Source of the DNA: Candidatus Nealsonbacteria bacterium
GTDB lineage: Bacteria > Patescibacteriota > Minisyncoccia > Minisyncoccales > JAUWAW01
DNA length: 64,000 bases
Reading direction: 5' to 3'
Assembly: GCA_030601865.1 (NCBI GenBank)
Contig: JAUWAW010000001.1
Span: 46,433-110,432, forward strand
Shown: positions 42,012 to 51,651 of the stretch, piece by piece
Layout: every line of letters begins with the position of its first letter
Position numbering within the stretch: position 1 is the stretch's first letter
Translations under genes and position numbers: made by a program
Notes under the pieces: model-generated
Seen by the model: only the letters and a program-made list of their open reading frames with translations
Told to the model about the DNA's origin: nothing
Databases searched by the model: none

Positions 42012-43142
42012 TTAATATCTTCCCGAAATCTTTCTCAGCCGTTTTATAACCTCGGGTAAGATTTTTAAAACATAGTCAATTTCCTGTTTTGTCGTATACC
42101 TCCCCAAGGTTAATCTCAAAGAACCATGGGCTTGTTCTGGAGTAAGCCCCAAAGCTAAAAGCACATGAGAGGGCTCTAAGCTTCTTGTAGAACAAGCCGA
42201 GCCAGTGGAGGCGGCAATTCCCTCCTGGTCCAAAGCAATCACCATACTTTCTCCTTCTGCGCCTTCAAAAGTAACATTAACATTGTTGGCAAGGCGATAT
42301 TCTCTTGAGCCATTTAATTTTGAGTTGGGAATTTTTTCTAAGATGCTGTCAATGAGTTTGTCGCGCAGTTCTTGGGTTTTGGGGATGTTGGGGATGTTAG
42401 GGATTTGGCTAATGGCAGTGCCCAAACCAACAATTCCAGCTACGTTCTCGGTGCCAGAGCGCATTCCGTGTTCTTGATTTCCACCATAGATTAAAGGTCT
42501 AATTGAAGTGCCCTTTTTAATATACAAAGCGCCGATTCCTTTGGGTCCGTAAATCTTGTGGGCAGACAAAGTCAAAAGGTCAACACCTAATTTTTGCACA
42601 TCACAATCTAAATAATTTACTGCCTGCACTGCATCAGTATGAAATAGAATTTTTGAGTTTTTTAATAACTTACCAATTTCAGCAATTGGCTGGATACTGC
42701 CGATTTCATTGTTGGCATACATTACAGAAACTAAAACTGTGTTTTCTTTAATGGCTTTCTCAACATCAGAAACTTTAACTATCCCTTCTTTACCTACCGG
42801 CAAATAAGTAACTTCTACTCCTTCCTTTTCTAATGCTTCACAAGGTTCAAAAACTGCGTGATGCTCAATTTTGGTTGTAATGATATGTGAAGGACTTATT
42901 CCAAAAATGGCTAAGTTGTTTGCCTCGGTGGCTGAGCCGGTAAAAACAATTTCTGAAGGAGAACAACTCAAAAAACCGGCCACTCTTTCTCTGGCTTTAT
43001 CAACTGCCATTTGAGCTTTTTGACCGAAATTATGAATTGAAGAAGGATTGCCGCATTCCTCTTTCAAATACGGCAACATCTCCTTCAAAACCTTAGGGTC
43101 AACCGGTGTGGTCGCCGCGTAATCAAGATAAATTGGCTTCAT
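42012..43142 (-). CDS. iscS: Cysteine desulfurase (IscS/NifS family)
   Basis: 376 aa; PLP lysine SAHKIYGPKG and active-site loop STGSACS. Confidence 0.92.
   Translation of the reverse strand: MKPIYLDYAATTPVDPKVLKEMLPYLKEECGNPSSIHNFGQKAQMAVDKARERVAGFLSCSPSEIVFTGSATEANNLAIFGISPSHIITTKIEHHAVFEPCEALEKEGVEVTYLPVGKEGIVKVSDVEKAIKENTVLVSVMYANNEIGSIQPIAEIGKLLKNSKILFHTDAVQAVNYLDCDVQKLGVDLLTLSAHKIYGPKGIGALYIKKGTSIRPLIYGGNQEHGMRSGTENVAGIVGLGTAISQIPNIPNIPKTQELRDKLIDSILEKIPNSKLNGSREYRLANNVNVTFEGAEGESMVIALDQEGIAASTGSACSTRSLEPSHVLLALGLTPEQAHGSLRLTLGRYTTKQEIDYVLKILPEVIKRLRKISGRY
42381..42407. repeat. 9-bp tandem repeat x3 inside iscS
   Basis: ggggatgtt-ggggatgtt-agggatttg; encodes IPN-IPN-IPK. Confidence 0.8.
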
Positions 43143-43234
43143 ATTATTTCTCTAATTTAACACATTTTCTTGTATTATATTACTTTAACAAAAAAGTTTG
43201 TTTTGGTCAATTTAGGCTTTTTGTTATACTAAAT

Positions 43235-45313
43235 ATGATGACTAAGAAAGCATTAATTTTTTCTTTCTTTGTTTTAGGGCTAACCTCGCTTCTCAGTCAA
43301 GTTATGATTCTGCGGGAATTAACCGTGAGTTTTTACGGTAATGAATTTTTTATTGGTTTGGTTTTAGCTTCCTGGTTGGCCTGGGTGGCGGTGGGCAGCG
43401 GGCTGGGAGGAAAACTCTTAAACAAAATTAAGGAAACCTCGGGTCTTTTAATCAGCCTTTACTTCTTAGTTGGACTTTTCTTTTTTTTGGAAATATTTTT
43501 AATTAGGTTTTTAAAGGGATGGATCGGGATGCCCGGAGAAATTCCCAATTTAATCATAGCCGGTCTAACTGCTTTATTAACTCCTGCCCCGCTCTGTTTA
43601 CTTTTGGGTTTGTGGTGGACCTGTGCCACCAGAATGTTTTCCCAGGGAAAAGCTCAACTTGTTAATCGCGCCTATTTCATAGAAACCCTGGGCTTTATTT
43701 TAGGTGGCATTTTGTTTAGCCTTTTTTTGGTCAATCTCCAGTTTCCCTGGATGGCTAACTTTCAATTCAAAGGACAAAACTTATTAGAATCAGTCAATTC
43801 TCCTTACGGCAATATTGCTGTAACTAAAATTGGGGAACAATATAATTTTTATGAAAGTGGATTGCTTTTGGGCTCTGAAGAAGAAATTCAATTTTCAGAA
43901 GATTTAATCCACCTTTCCCTTTTACAACATCCTTCTCCTCAAAAAGTTCTTTTAATTGGCAATGGTTTTAATGGGGCTGTAAATGAGATATTGAAACACC
44001 AGCCAGAAAAAATTTATTATTTAGAACTTGACCCAAAATTAATTGAACTTTCCCAAAAATATATCTCTCAAGAATTTAAAGAAGTATTGACTCATCCAGC
44101 TGTAAAAATTATCAATACTGATGGCCGTTATTTTCTTCAAGGAACTAAAGAAAAATTTGATGCCATTTTGCTTAATTTACCAGACCCCTCAACCGCTTTA
44201 ATTAATCGCTTTTACACACAAGAGTTTTTTGAAAAAGCAAAAGAGAAATTAGCCCCAAACGGGATTTTTGCTACCTATCTTACCTTCTCCCCCAGCACTC
44301 CGGGTAAAAATTTAGAAAACCTTAATGCTTCCATATTTAGAACCTTAAAAAAAGTTTTCAATCAAGTAATTGTTTTGCCGGAAGAAACCAATTTCTTTTT
44401 GGCTTCCCAGAACGAAAATTTGACTTACAATTTTGAAATCTTGATTCAAAGATTTGAACAAAGGAATATTGAAACTAAATTTCTTACTAAAGAATATATA
44501 ACTTATCGTCTGTCTAATGATAGGATTGAAAAGACACTGGCTTTGTTTGAAAAAAATGAAAAAGCTAAAGAAAATAAAGATTTCAAACCCATTGCTTATT
44601 TTTACCAGACCCTATTTTGGTTAGACCGTTTTTACCCTCAATTTTCTAATTTTTTTAAACAGTTGGTTTCTGCTTTTTGGTTAGTATTTGCTGGCGCTTT
44701 AATATTTTTAACCCTGCTTTTGCTTAAAAGAAGAAAAGGTTGGAGAAAAAACTTTTCTCTATTATCTGTAGCTATAGCTGGATTTTCTTTAATGGCCTTG
44801 GAAATAATAATTATTTTCAGTTATCAAATAACCATTGGTTATCTTTATTACCGAATCGCTTTGTTGATTGCTGCCTTAATGGCAGGCATGGCCCTTGGTG
44901 TTTGGTATGGAAATAAGAAAGGGCGACCACACAAGGTCGCCCCTACATTCCATTTATTATTAATAATGTTCTGTGTAATCTTATTTTTAGCATTTCCTTT
45001 TCTTTCAAAAATTCCTTCTGGTCTGACAGCAGAAATTATCTTTTTAATTTGTGCAGGTGTGGCTGGATTTTTAGGAGCGGCTATTTTTTCCTTTGCCAAC
45101 CAACTATATCTTTCTTCTCAATCGGACCCTCATAAAAAAACCGGCACCATCTACGCAGTAGATTTAGCCGGTTCTTGTTTTGGAGCCCTATTGCCCGGTT
45201 TAATTCTTATCCCGGTTTTCGGCGTTTTCCAAACCTTAATTGTTATTGCCTTGGCCAACCTCTGGATAGTATTAATTTTCTTGGGGTTTAATACGGGCGA
45301 TTTTTCTTTTTAG
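43235..45313 (+). CDS. Polytopic membrane protein with central spermidine-synthase-like (class I methyltransferase fold) domain
   Basis: ORF track starts at 43106, inside the iscS antisense; ATG-ATG at 43235 (MMTKKALIFSFF) preferred. VLLIGNGFNGAVNEILKH..YLELDP..DAILLNLPDP; TM helices on both sides. Confidence 0.75.
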   Translation: MMTKKALIFSFFVLGLTSLLSQVMILRELTVSFYGNEFFIGLVLASWLAWVAVGSGLGGKLLNKIKETSGLLISLYFLVGLFFFLEIFLIRFLKGWIGMPGEIPNLIIAGLTALLTPAPLCLLLGLWWTCATRMFSQGKAQLVNRAYFIETLGFILGGILFSLFLVNLQFPWMANFQFKGQNLLESVNSPYGNIAVTKIGEQYNFYESGLLLGSEEEIQFSEDLIHLSLLQHPSPQKVLLIGNGFNGAVNEILKHQPEKIYYLELDPKLIELSQKYISQEFKEVLTHPAVKIINTDGRYFLQGTKEKFDAILLNLPDPSTALINRFYTQEFFEKAKEKLAPNGIFATYLTFSPSTPGKNLENLNASIFRTLKKVFNQVIVLPEETNFFLASQNENLTYNFEILIQRFEQRNIETKFLTKEYITYRLSNDRIEKTLALFEKNEKAKENKDFKPIAYFYQTLFWLDRFYPQFSNFFKQLVSAFWLVFAGALIFLTLLLLKRRKGWRKNFSLLSVAIAGFSLMALEIIIIFSYQITIGYLYYRIALLIAALMAGMALGVWYGNKKGRPHKVAPTFHLLLIMFCVILFLAFPFLSKIPSGLTAEIIFLICAGVAGFLGAAIFSFANQLYLSSQSDPHKKTGTIYAVDLAGSCFGALLPGLILIPVFGVFQTLIVIALANLWIVLIFLGFNTGDFSF
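44921..44942. repeat. 8-bp-stem GC-rich hairpin in frame in a loop of the membrane protein
   Basis: gggcgacc-acacaa-ggtcgccc; encodes GRPHKVA. Confidence 0.7.
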
Positions 45314-46321
45314 TTTTTTGTTGGCTCGATACTCCCCTATCTTTCTCTTTCTTGCCTCGGTCCATCTATCCAAGCCAAGCAGTTTTGACTTGAAAATCCA
45401 AATGGCTGAGAAAGCTATGGCCAAAGGCAGCAAAACAGAATCTAAAATTGTGTTACCTATGCCGGTACTAACTTCAGTAGGAAGTCCGGCTGCTTGAGCA
45501 ACAGGCACACCAACGAACCTTCCCTGCACCATAACTTTACAACTATTGCTGCGAGAGAGGTAATTTGTATAAACTAAGGCAACGGTGATTAAATTATTTG
45601 TGCCATAACCTAAATTCTCTATTGAGGCAACTTTTGCTTCAAAAGTGATTGTTTTCGTCTGCTCAGATAATAAATTGCCTACATTAATGGCTCGAGAACT
45701 AATATTGCGAGTATTAGAAACACCGTCTATCCTCAAATTGTCTTGATAGCTTATATTTGGTGGTAAATTTGCTTTGACCTTTATATTTTGAGCTTTAATA
45801 TTACTGGTTGATTCAAGCCTTATCTTAAAAAGTAATTGGTCAAAAGGCTCGGCTTTCAAAGAGTCATACCAAACTGTATCTCCTCTGGAGAGATTCTTGA
45901 CAGATGTTTTAACACTAAAAGAGGGGCATTTGGTGGTAAATGTCTTGTCTTCCCCATAACCATTCTTTTTAGTGTTATTTTGAGCTACAGCCCGAAAATG
46001 ATATTGGGTGCAGGGAGATAAACCAGAAAGATTCACTGAGAAAGCGCCGATATGCCTTCTTTCTTCCACTGGTGTTGTGCGGCCGTAAGAGGTGTTTTTG
46101 CCATATTGAAACCAAAGTTTTAAGTCCACGCACCCGCCATCGTCAGTCACATCACCTCTCAAAAGAACCGAAGATAAAGTAATATTAGTGGCTGAGCGCG
46201 TGACTACCGTAGCGCGCACCACCATAGCAAAAACACAGATTGGGACAAGTAATCCCAAAATGAGTAAAAAGACAAATTGAGTTTTCGAGTTTCTTTGTTT
46301 TTTAACCAGATATTTATTCAT
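45272..46321 (-). CDS. Cell-surface protein with Fn3-like and repeat domains and C-terminal sorting-signal-like region
   Basis: 349 aa; N-terminal TM/signal; C-terminal GLPTEVSTG followed by a hydrophobic helix and a long basic tail; next to a sortase. Confidence 0.6.
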   Translation of the reverse strand: MNKYLVKKQRNSKTQFVFLLILGLLVPICVFAMVVRATVVTRSATNITLSSVLLRGDVTDDGGCVDLKLWFQYGKNTSYGRTTPVEERRHIGAFSVNLSGLSPCTQYHFRAVAQNNTKKNGYGEDKTFTTKCPSFSVKTSVKNLSRGDTVWYDSLKAEPFDQLLFKIRLESTSNIKAQNIKVKANLPPNISYQDNLRIDGVSNTRNISSRAINVGNLLSEQTKTITFEAKVASIENLGYGTNNLITVALVYTNYLSRSNSCKVMVQGRFVGVPVAQAAGLPTEVSTGIGNTILDSVLLPLAIAFSAIWIFKSKLLGLDRWTEARKRKIGEYRANKKLKRKIARIKPQEN

Positions 46322-46350
46322 TGTTTTTAGGTTTTTAAGTTTTTAGGTTT

Positions 46351-46950
46351 TTAGTCTAACACTGCCTCCACGGCAATTCTGTAAAGGTCTTTACCCGGAG
46401 GCCAGCAACTTAATAAGATTAACACGGACTTAGAGTTTGTCAACCCGGAAGGAAGCTCCTCTCCTCGGTCAAGGAAAAACTTGTTGGTCACCCGGTAAAC
46501 ATATTGACGGTTATTAAAACAAACATAAATTTCATCTCCTTCAGCTAACTTATTCAAATCAGTAAAAATTCTATCATAATTGATATCAGGCCAGCCCTCA
46601 GGTGCGCTGTGGCCTAAAATTATTGCTCTACCCTGCTCTCCGGGCAAAGCGGAATCCGGGTAATGCAGAACTCCTTCTTTTAGATATTTTTGAAAATCTT
46701 TGTTGTCAGTGCTTTCGGTAAAAACAATGGGGGCTTCCTCCTCAATTTTAGGGATTGAAATAGTATTTTCTAAAACAGTGCTCTCATTTTCAAAGCTATC
46801 AGGTTCTTGTGTTTGCAGCTTGCCATAAATAACTTTGTAATTAAAAAACAAGGAAATCTCCTGCCAATTTATAATCAAAAAAACCACCAGAAATATAAAA
46901 ACAAAGGGTTTCCAGAACTTTTTAATTGCCTCTGTAAAATTCATTAGCAT
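46351..46950 (-). CDS. Sortase family transpeptidase
   Basis: 199 aa; N-terminal TM, AIILGHS (His), LILLSCWPPG (Cys), YRIAVEA (Arg). Confidence 0.75.
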   Translation of the reverse strand: MLMNFTEAIKKFWKPFVFIFLVVFLIINWQEISLFFNYKVIYGKLQTQEPDSFENESTVLENTISIPKIEEEAPIVFTESTDNKDFQKYLKEGVLHYPDSALPGEQGRAIILGHSAPEGWPDINYDRIFTDLNKLAEGDEIYVCFNNRQYVYRVTNKFFLDRGEELPSGLTNSKSVLILLSCWPPGKDLYRIAVEAVLD

Positions 46951-46965
46951 AATTCAAGATGATAT

Positions 46966-46994
46966 ATAATAACAAAATTCACCCGTTTTGTCAA
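46966..46994 (-). promoter_or_regulatory. Sortase promoter
   Basis: Minus strand TTGACA (46994-46989), N17, TATTAT (46971-46966), then atatcaTCTTGAATT-ATG. Confidence 0.6.
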
Positions 46995-46997
46995 ACC

Positions 46998-47028
46998 AAA
47001 ACTATCGAGAACTGTTCTCGATAGTTTT
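46998..47028 (-). terminator. Family-4 variant palindrome acting as the lepA terminator
   Basis: aaaactatcgagaa-ctg-ttctcgatagtttt; 14-bp stem; on the minus strand it is followed by ttttggttt. Confidence 0.6.
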
Positions 47029-48833
47029 TAACTTCTAAGGAGTTTCAGGTATATTTCCTCGGGAATAGGGGTGCGGCCGTGTTTTTGGAGAATTTTTTTG
47101 CCTTTGCGTTGTTTGACTAAGAGTTTCTTTTTGCGGGTAAAGTCGCCGCCGTACAGGGGCGCGGTCACATCCTTGCGCAGGGCGCGGATATCCTCACGCG
47201 CGATTATTTTGCCGCCAATTTGGGCTTGAAGCGATTGGGTAAAGTTTTTTGGAGGCAGGACATCCTTTAATCTTTTGAGAAACTGACGCGCCTGCTTGCG
47301 CGCCGCGTCTTTATAAACAATGCGCGAGAAACAGGGCTTCAGTTCGCGCGAAACCAAAAACTCAAGTTTAATAAGGTCGCTTTTTTTATACTCGTCAAAT
47401 TCGTAACTAAAGGAAGCGAACCCCTTGCTAATGCTTTTCAGTTTGTCTAAAAAATCCTCAATAATCTCAGCAAGCGGCGCATAAAACTCTAAAAGCAAGG
47501 TATCTTTATCTAAAACTTGCGAGGAAATAAACTTGCCTCGTTTCTGCTCAACTAATTCATGGATTTTGCTGTTGTGTCTGGTCGGGCTGACAATGTTTAA
47601 TTTAACCCAGGACTCCGCTATATAGTCAATCTCGCCCTGGTCCGGCAGTTCTGCGGCCGAATGGACTAAAATCGGCTCTTTTTGCTTTTTTGTCTTTACC
47701 TTGAAAACAACCGAAGGAGAAGTAAGAACCACTTGGGTGCCATACTCCCGCTTTAACCTTTCCATGGTGATTTCCAGATGAAGCATACCTAAAAAGCCGA
47801 TGCGCAGTCCCCTGCCTAAATAAGGATTGCTCATAGGTTTGGCTGTGAGAGAAGTGTCGTTGAGCCGCAGTTTGTCAAAATTGGCTTTCAGGGTTTCAAA
47901 GTTTTGGCCTTGCCCTTGCCCCTGCCCCGGAAAAACATTGGCAAAAACCAATGGCTTGGGCTCTTTATAGCCAGGCAGGCGAGGACAGTCCTCGCCTGAT
48001 TTGGTTGTTATTGTCTCGCCGATTCTGACGTCTGAAACGTTTTTTATGCCCGTGGCGATGTAGCCGATTTGGCCGGCTATTAGTTTTGGCACAGGACTAC
48101 GTTGCGGTATGAAAATGCCGACTTCTCTTGTTTCGGCGCGGACTTTTTGATTGACAAAATAAATTTGGTCGCCTTTTTTGATTTCGTTGCCAAACAGCCG
48201 CACATAGGCAATTACTCCCTGAAAATTGTCGTAAATTGAATCAAAAACCAGGGCTTTTAATACTCCTCCGCCCTCTGTTTTTGGCTGCGGCGCCTGCTTT
48301 ATCAACGCTTCAAGAACTTTCTCTATATTCTCGCCTGTTTTGGCGGAAATAGTTAAAATTTCCCCTGAATCAATACCTAAAAGATTGGCTAATTCCTGCT
48401 TAACTTTTTCTAATTGCTCCTCGCTCGGACAAACATCTATTTTATTGATAACCGGTATTATTTTCAAACTCTGCGCCTGCGCCAGGCGCAGATTAGCCAG
48501 GGTCTGTGCCTGAATGCCTGAAACCACGTCAACCAATAAAATAACACATTCAACAGCGGCCAAAGACCGTTCTACTTCATAGGAAAAATCCATATGGCCA
48601 GGCGTGTCAATCAAGTTTAATTGGTACTTGCGGCCGGCCAGACCATACTCCATTGCACAGGGCTGCATCTTGATAGTGATGCCGCGCTCTCTTTCCAAAT
48701 CCATCTGGTCCAAAACCTGTTCGCGCATCTGCTCTTTCTTCAAGGTGTTGGTAATTTCCAAAAACCGGTCAGCCAGAGTTGATTTGCCGTGGTTTATATG
48801 CGCGATTATAGAGAAATTTCGTATATTTCCCAT
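47028..48833 (-). CDS. lepA: Elongation factor 4
   Basis: 601 aa; IRNFSIIAHINHGKSTLADR G1 motif, DTPGH, NKID, LepA C-terminal domain; visibly more GC-rich than its neighbours. Confidence 0.95.
   Translation of the reverse strand: MGNIRNFSIIAHINHGKSTLADRFLEITNTLKKEQMREQVLDQMDLERERGITIKMQPCAMEYGLAGRKYQLNLIDTPGHMDFSYEVERSLAAVECVILLVDVVSGIQAQTLANLRLAQAQSLKIIPVINKIDVCPSEEQLEKVKQELANLLGIDSGEILTISAKTGENIEKVLEALIKQAPQPKTEGGGVLKALVFDSIYDNFQGVIAYVRLFGNEIKKGDQIYFVNQKVRAETREVGIFIPQRSPVPKLIAGQIGYIATGIKNVSDVRIGETITTKSGEDCPRLPGYKEPKPLVFANVFPGQGQGQGQNFETLKANFDKLRLNDTSLTAKPMSNPYLGRGLRIGFLGMLHLEITMERLKREYGTQVVLTSPSVVFKVKTKKQKEPILVHSAAELPDQGEIDYIAESWVKLNIVSPTRHNSKIHELVEQKRGKFISSQVLDKDTLLLEFYAPLAEIIEDFLDKLKSISKGFASFSYEFDEYKKSDLIKLEFLVSRELKPCFSRIVYKDAARKQARQFLKRLKDVLPPKNFTQSLQAQIGGKIIAREDIRALRKDVTAPLYGGDFTRKKKLLVKQRKGKKILQKHGRTPIPEEIYLKLLRS
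47906..47930. repeat. Hexanucleotide-type repeat encoding (GQ)4 inside lepA
   Basis: ggccttgcccttgcccctgccccgg; encodes PGQGQGQGQ. Confidence 0.8.
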
Positions 48834-50434
48834 TAATATTCTTCTTCAAAGATTTGGGCGGTGAAAGTGTAGAGGTCAATATCTTCTTCTTTCCAGCAGT
48901 CCCAGGGCAGACCGACTTTTTGAAAGCAAAGTTCTCCCATAAATTTTTCTAAATCCCAATTATTGTCAGTAGCTACTTGGGGCAGAAAAACACCATTTCT
49001 CAAGCCCTTTCTAATTTGCACGCCGTGTTTGCCAATCTCAATTCCCTGCCAATTATCAATTTTCTCTAAGGGACTCAAAACCGAAATTTCATAGTCAAGC
49101 TCACCAAGTTCATCCTCTCCCACAGGATAAAATCTTTTATCCTGGGTGGCAGCCGCAATGGCCATTTGAGAAACAACTTGATACAGAGGTATGTCAGTGG
49201 GTGAAAAACGGCCAATGCAGCCCCGTAGCTGGCTCTGCTTCTTTAAAGTAACAAAAGCACCCAAGTTTTGATTTAATATGGATTCTTCAACTTGAAATTC
49301 TGGAATTTTACCTTCTTTGACAAAAGTTTCAACTGAATTCTTAGCGATTTCCAAAAGTTTTTCTTGCTCTGTTTTCTTTAATAAATGACTCTGTCTTGGT
49401 CCAAAAAAGCCAATGGCTGCATAGCCAACCACTTGCGATTTATCACCTATGGGCACGTCTCCGGAATTGGCATATTTTAATAATTTAATTTCTTCAGCAG
49501 CCAATTCTTTGGCTACTAACATGATTGTTTTGATAGCATCTTCTGCGCAAACAAAAGTTACTGCTCCAGGAATATTCTCTTTTTCCAAGTCCTGAATTGT
49601 TTTTTCTAACTCCCCTACCCTACCGGTTAAAATGGCTTCAATGGTTTTGCTATCTGCCTGTTGAGCATCACCATAGCTAGGATAATGCGACAAATCAGAA
49701 CTGGCAATCAGTAAAATATTCTTACCTCTGATATTTTTAACAATGGCTTGAGCTAAAATTTTGTAATCTTCTTCTGGGCTGTTGCCCAAAATAATGGGTA
49801 CAATCCGTGGTACGTGCACGGACAAAGGAGATCCTTCGGCCTTCGGCCTCAGGATGACTTGCAAAAAAGGTAATTCCACCTCAAGGGAATGCTCTCTTTG
49901 ATGAACACTCTCTCTGAAAAAAATTCTTTCGTTTTCTGCAATAATTTTTTCAGCTAATTGAGAATCTATTTCTACTTCTCCTAAGGGAGTTTTATAAAAA
50001 CCTCGTGGGAAAATAGAAATACCTTCAAATCTCTCATAATGGCTGTTGCCAATAAGAATCACCGTAGCAAATTGGTTCAAATCGTGACGATCGTCATAAC
50101 TTGAACCACCCATCAGTTGCTTAAAGCCGTAGGCGGCCACGGGGCCAGAAAATGGATAGCCAGCATGGGGCAGAACTAAAGCAAAAATCTCGCCTTCGGT
50201 TTCTGGCGGACTTGCCTTTTCCAAAAATTGGTCAATCATTTTCTCTAACTCCTCAGGGTCTCCAGGATAAAATTGTCCAGCCACTGCCGGCTGCCGAATT
50301 ATTTTTTCTTCTTTTTCAAAAACGTCTGAAACCATAGCTTTTTGAGAAATATCTTCCCCTCCCTTAAATATTAAAAGTATACTAATCGCACCAACAACAA
50401 AAATTAATAAAGCTATTATTAGAACTTTCTTCAT
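48833..50434 (-). CDS. AmmeMemoRadiSam system fusion: protein B (Memo-like) + protein A (AMMECR1), with N-terminal membrane anchor
   Basis: 533 aa. TM helix at residues ~3-23. Memo motifs PAVAGQFYPG, LPHAGYPFSGPVAA, SSDLSHYP. AMMECR1 motifs GAFVTLKK..LRGCIGRF, DKRFYPV, ISVLSP, GVFLPQVA. Confidence 0.85.
   Translation of the reverse strand: MKKVLIIALLIFVVGAISILLIFKGGEDISQKAMVSDVFEKEEKIIRQPAVAGQFYPGDPEELEKMIDQFLEKASPPETEGEIFALVLPHAGYPFSGPVAAYGFKQLMGGSSYDDRHDLNQFATVILIGNSHYERFEGISIFPRGFYKTPLGEVEIDSQLAEKIIAENERIFFRESVHQREHSLEVELPFLQVILRPKAEGSPLSVHVPRIVPIILGNSPEEDYKILAQAIVKNIRGKNILLIASSDLSHYPSYGDAQQADSKTIEAILTGRVGELEKTIQDLEKENIPGAVTFVCAEDAIKTIMLVAKELAAEEIKLLKYANSGDVPIGDKSQVVGYAAIGFFGPRQSHLLKKTEQEKLLEIAKNSVETFVKEGKIPEFQVEESILNQNLGAFVTLKKQSQLRGCIGRFSPTDIPLYQVVSQMAIAAATQDKRFYPVGEDELGELDYEISVLSPLEKIDNWQGIEIGKHGVQIRKGLRNGVFLPQVATDNNWDLEKFMGELCFQKVGLPWDCWKEEDIDLYTFTAQIFEEEY
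49828..49858. repeat. Family-1 element copy in frame inside the Memo domain
   Basis: gagatccttcggccttcggcctcaggatgac; encodes (minus strand) VILRPKAEGSP. Confidence 0.85.
50074..50107. repeat. Family-3 element (TTCAAATCGTnnCGATCGTCATAA..TGAA) in frame inside the Memo domain
   Basis: ggttcaaatcgtgacgatcgtcataacttgaacc; encodes SSYDDRHDLNQ. Confidence 0.8.
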
Positions 50435-50482
50435 CTTGGTTTTGTATTATACCTTCTTAAAGGGGATTAGCCAATACCTCTT

Positions 50483-51595
50483 TTATTCCCAAACACCAGG
50501 GATTTTTTCGCCATCGGAGCATTGGCCGTTTTGGAGGTTGTTTTGGGTGACAAAAAAGCCTTGCCTGACAATGGCCGGCTCTCCTGATTCAGGGCAAAAG
50601 GTGGTGCTGCCTTCGGGGTCGTAAATGTTGCCGGTGTAAACATATTTCAGGCCATACTCCTGAGCCATTTGCCGGGCTTTCTGCAAGGTCTCAATAGGAG
50701 TGGGAGGCAGATTAAGTAACTTGTAATCAGGATGAAAACGGGTAAAATGCAAAGGGATATCTGTGCCCAGATTTTCTTTAATCCATAAAATTAAATTTCT
50801 GAAATCTTCTTCCCGGTCGTTTTCTGTGGGAATAACCAAATTGACAATTTCCAGCCAGACACCTTGTTCCTTGATAATCTTCATTGCTTCCAAAACAGGC
50901 CCCACATGGCCAGCTGTCATTTCCTGATAAAATTTGTCATCAAAGCCCTTAAAGTCAATTTTGTAAGCATCAATGTAGGGCAAAAGGTCTCTTAAGGGTT
51001 CGGGGTTAATGTAGCCAGCGCTAATAACCACATTTTTCAAACCGTTTTCATGCGCCAATAGAGCAATGTCTAACATATATTCGTAAAAAGCAGTTGGTTC
51101 AGTATAAGTAAAAGCAATTGATTGGGCGCCTGATTTTAAGGCCTTTTCCACCACTTGTTGGGGCGTCATTTTTATTGATGACACCTCCCAAGGGAAAACC
51201 TGGGCAATCTGCCAGTTTTGGCAAAATTTACACTGCAAATTGCAGCCGGTAGTGGCAATAGAATAAGTTTTAGTGCCGGGCAGAAAATGATAAAGCGGTT
51301 TTTTCTCAATGGGGTCAAGGTGTGAGGCAACAATTTGCCCGTAAACTATGGAGTAAAGTTCTCCCTCTATATTCTTTTTGGCTCGGCAAATCCCAATTTG
51401 ACCCTCAGATAAAATACATCTATTGGGACAAAGATTACATCTCACCATTTTACTGCCCAATTTCTCATAGTACTTGGCTAAATGTAAATCTTGGGGAGTA
51501 ACCCCTCCCCCGCGCTCTCTACCCCAAATAAGAAACACAGCCAAACCAACAATGATGATTAAAAATATAATGGCGCCTATCTTTGCTTTAAGCAT
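50483..51595 (-). CDS. AmmeMemoRadiSam system radical SAM enzyme, with N-terminal TM helix
   Basis: 370 aa; TGCNLQCKFCQNW radical-SAM cluster and N-terminal CNLCPNRC...ICRAK cluster; PFL-activase-like. Confidence 0.85.
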   Translation of the reverse strand: MLKAKIGAIIFLIIIVGLAVFLIWGRERGGGVTPQDLHLAKYYEKLGSKMVRCNLCPNRCILSEGQIGICRAKKNIEGELYSIVYGQIVASHLDPIEKKPLYHFLPGTKTYSIATTGCNLQCKFCQNWQIAQVFPWEVSSIKMTPQQVVEKALKSGAQSIAFTYTEPTAFYEYMLDIALLAHENGLKNVVISAGYINPEPLRDLLPYIDAYKIDFKGFDDKFYQEMTAGHVGPVLEAMKIIKEQGVWLEIVNLVIPTENDREEDFRNLILWIKENLGTDIPLHFTRFHPDYKLLNLPPTPIETLQKARQMAQEYGLKYVYTGNIYDPEGSTTFCPESGEPAIVRQGFFVTQNNLQNGQCSDGEKIPGVWE

Positions 51596-51609
51596 AAAAC
51601 CCTTTTATT

Positions 51610-51645
51610 TGTGTCAAAATCCTGCGATCGCAGGATTTTGACACA
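51610..51645. repeat. Family-2 element, perfect 36-bp palindrome, intergenic
   Basis: tgtgtcaaaatcctgcga|tcgcaggattttgacaca; contains GCGATCGC; identical to 56120-56155. Confidence 0.95.
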
Positions 51646-51651
51646 GTTTTA

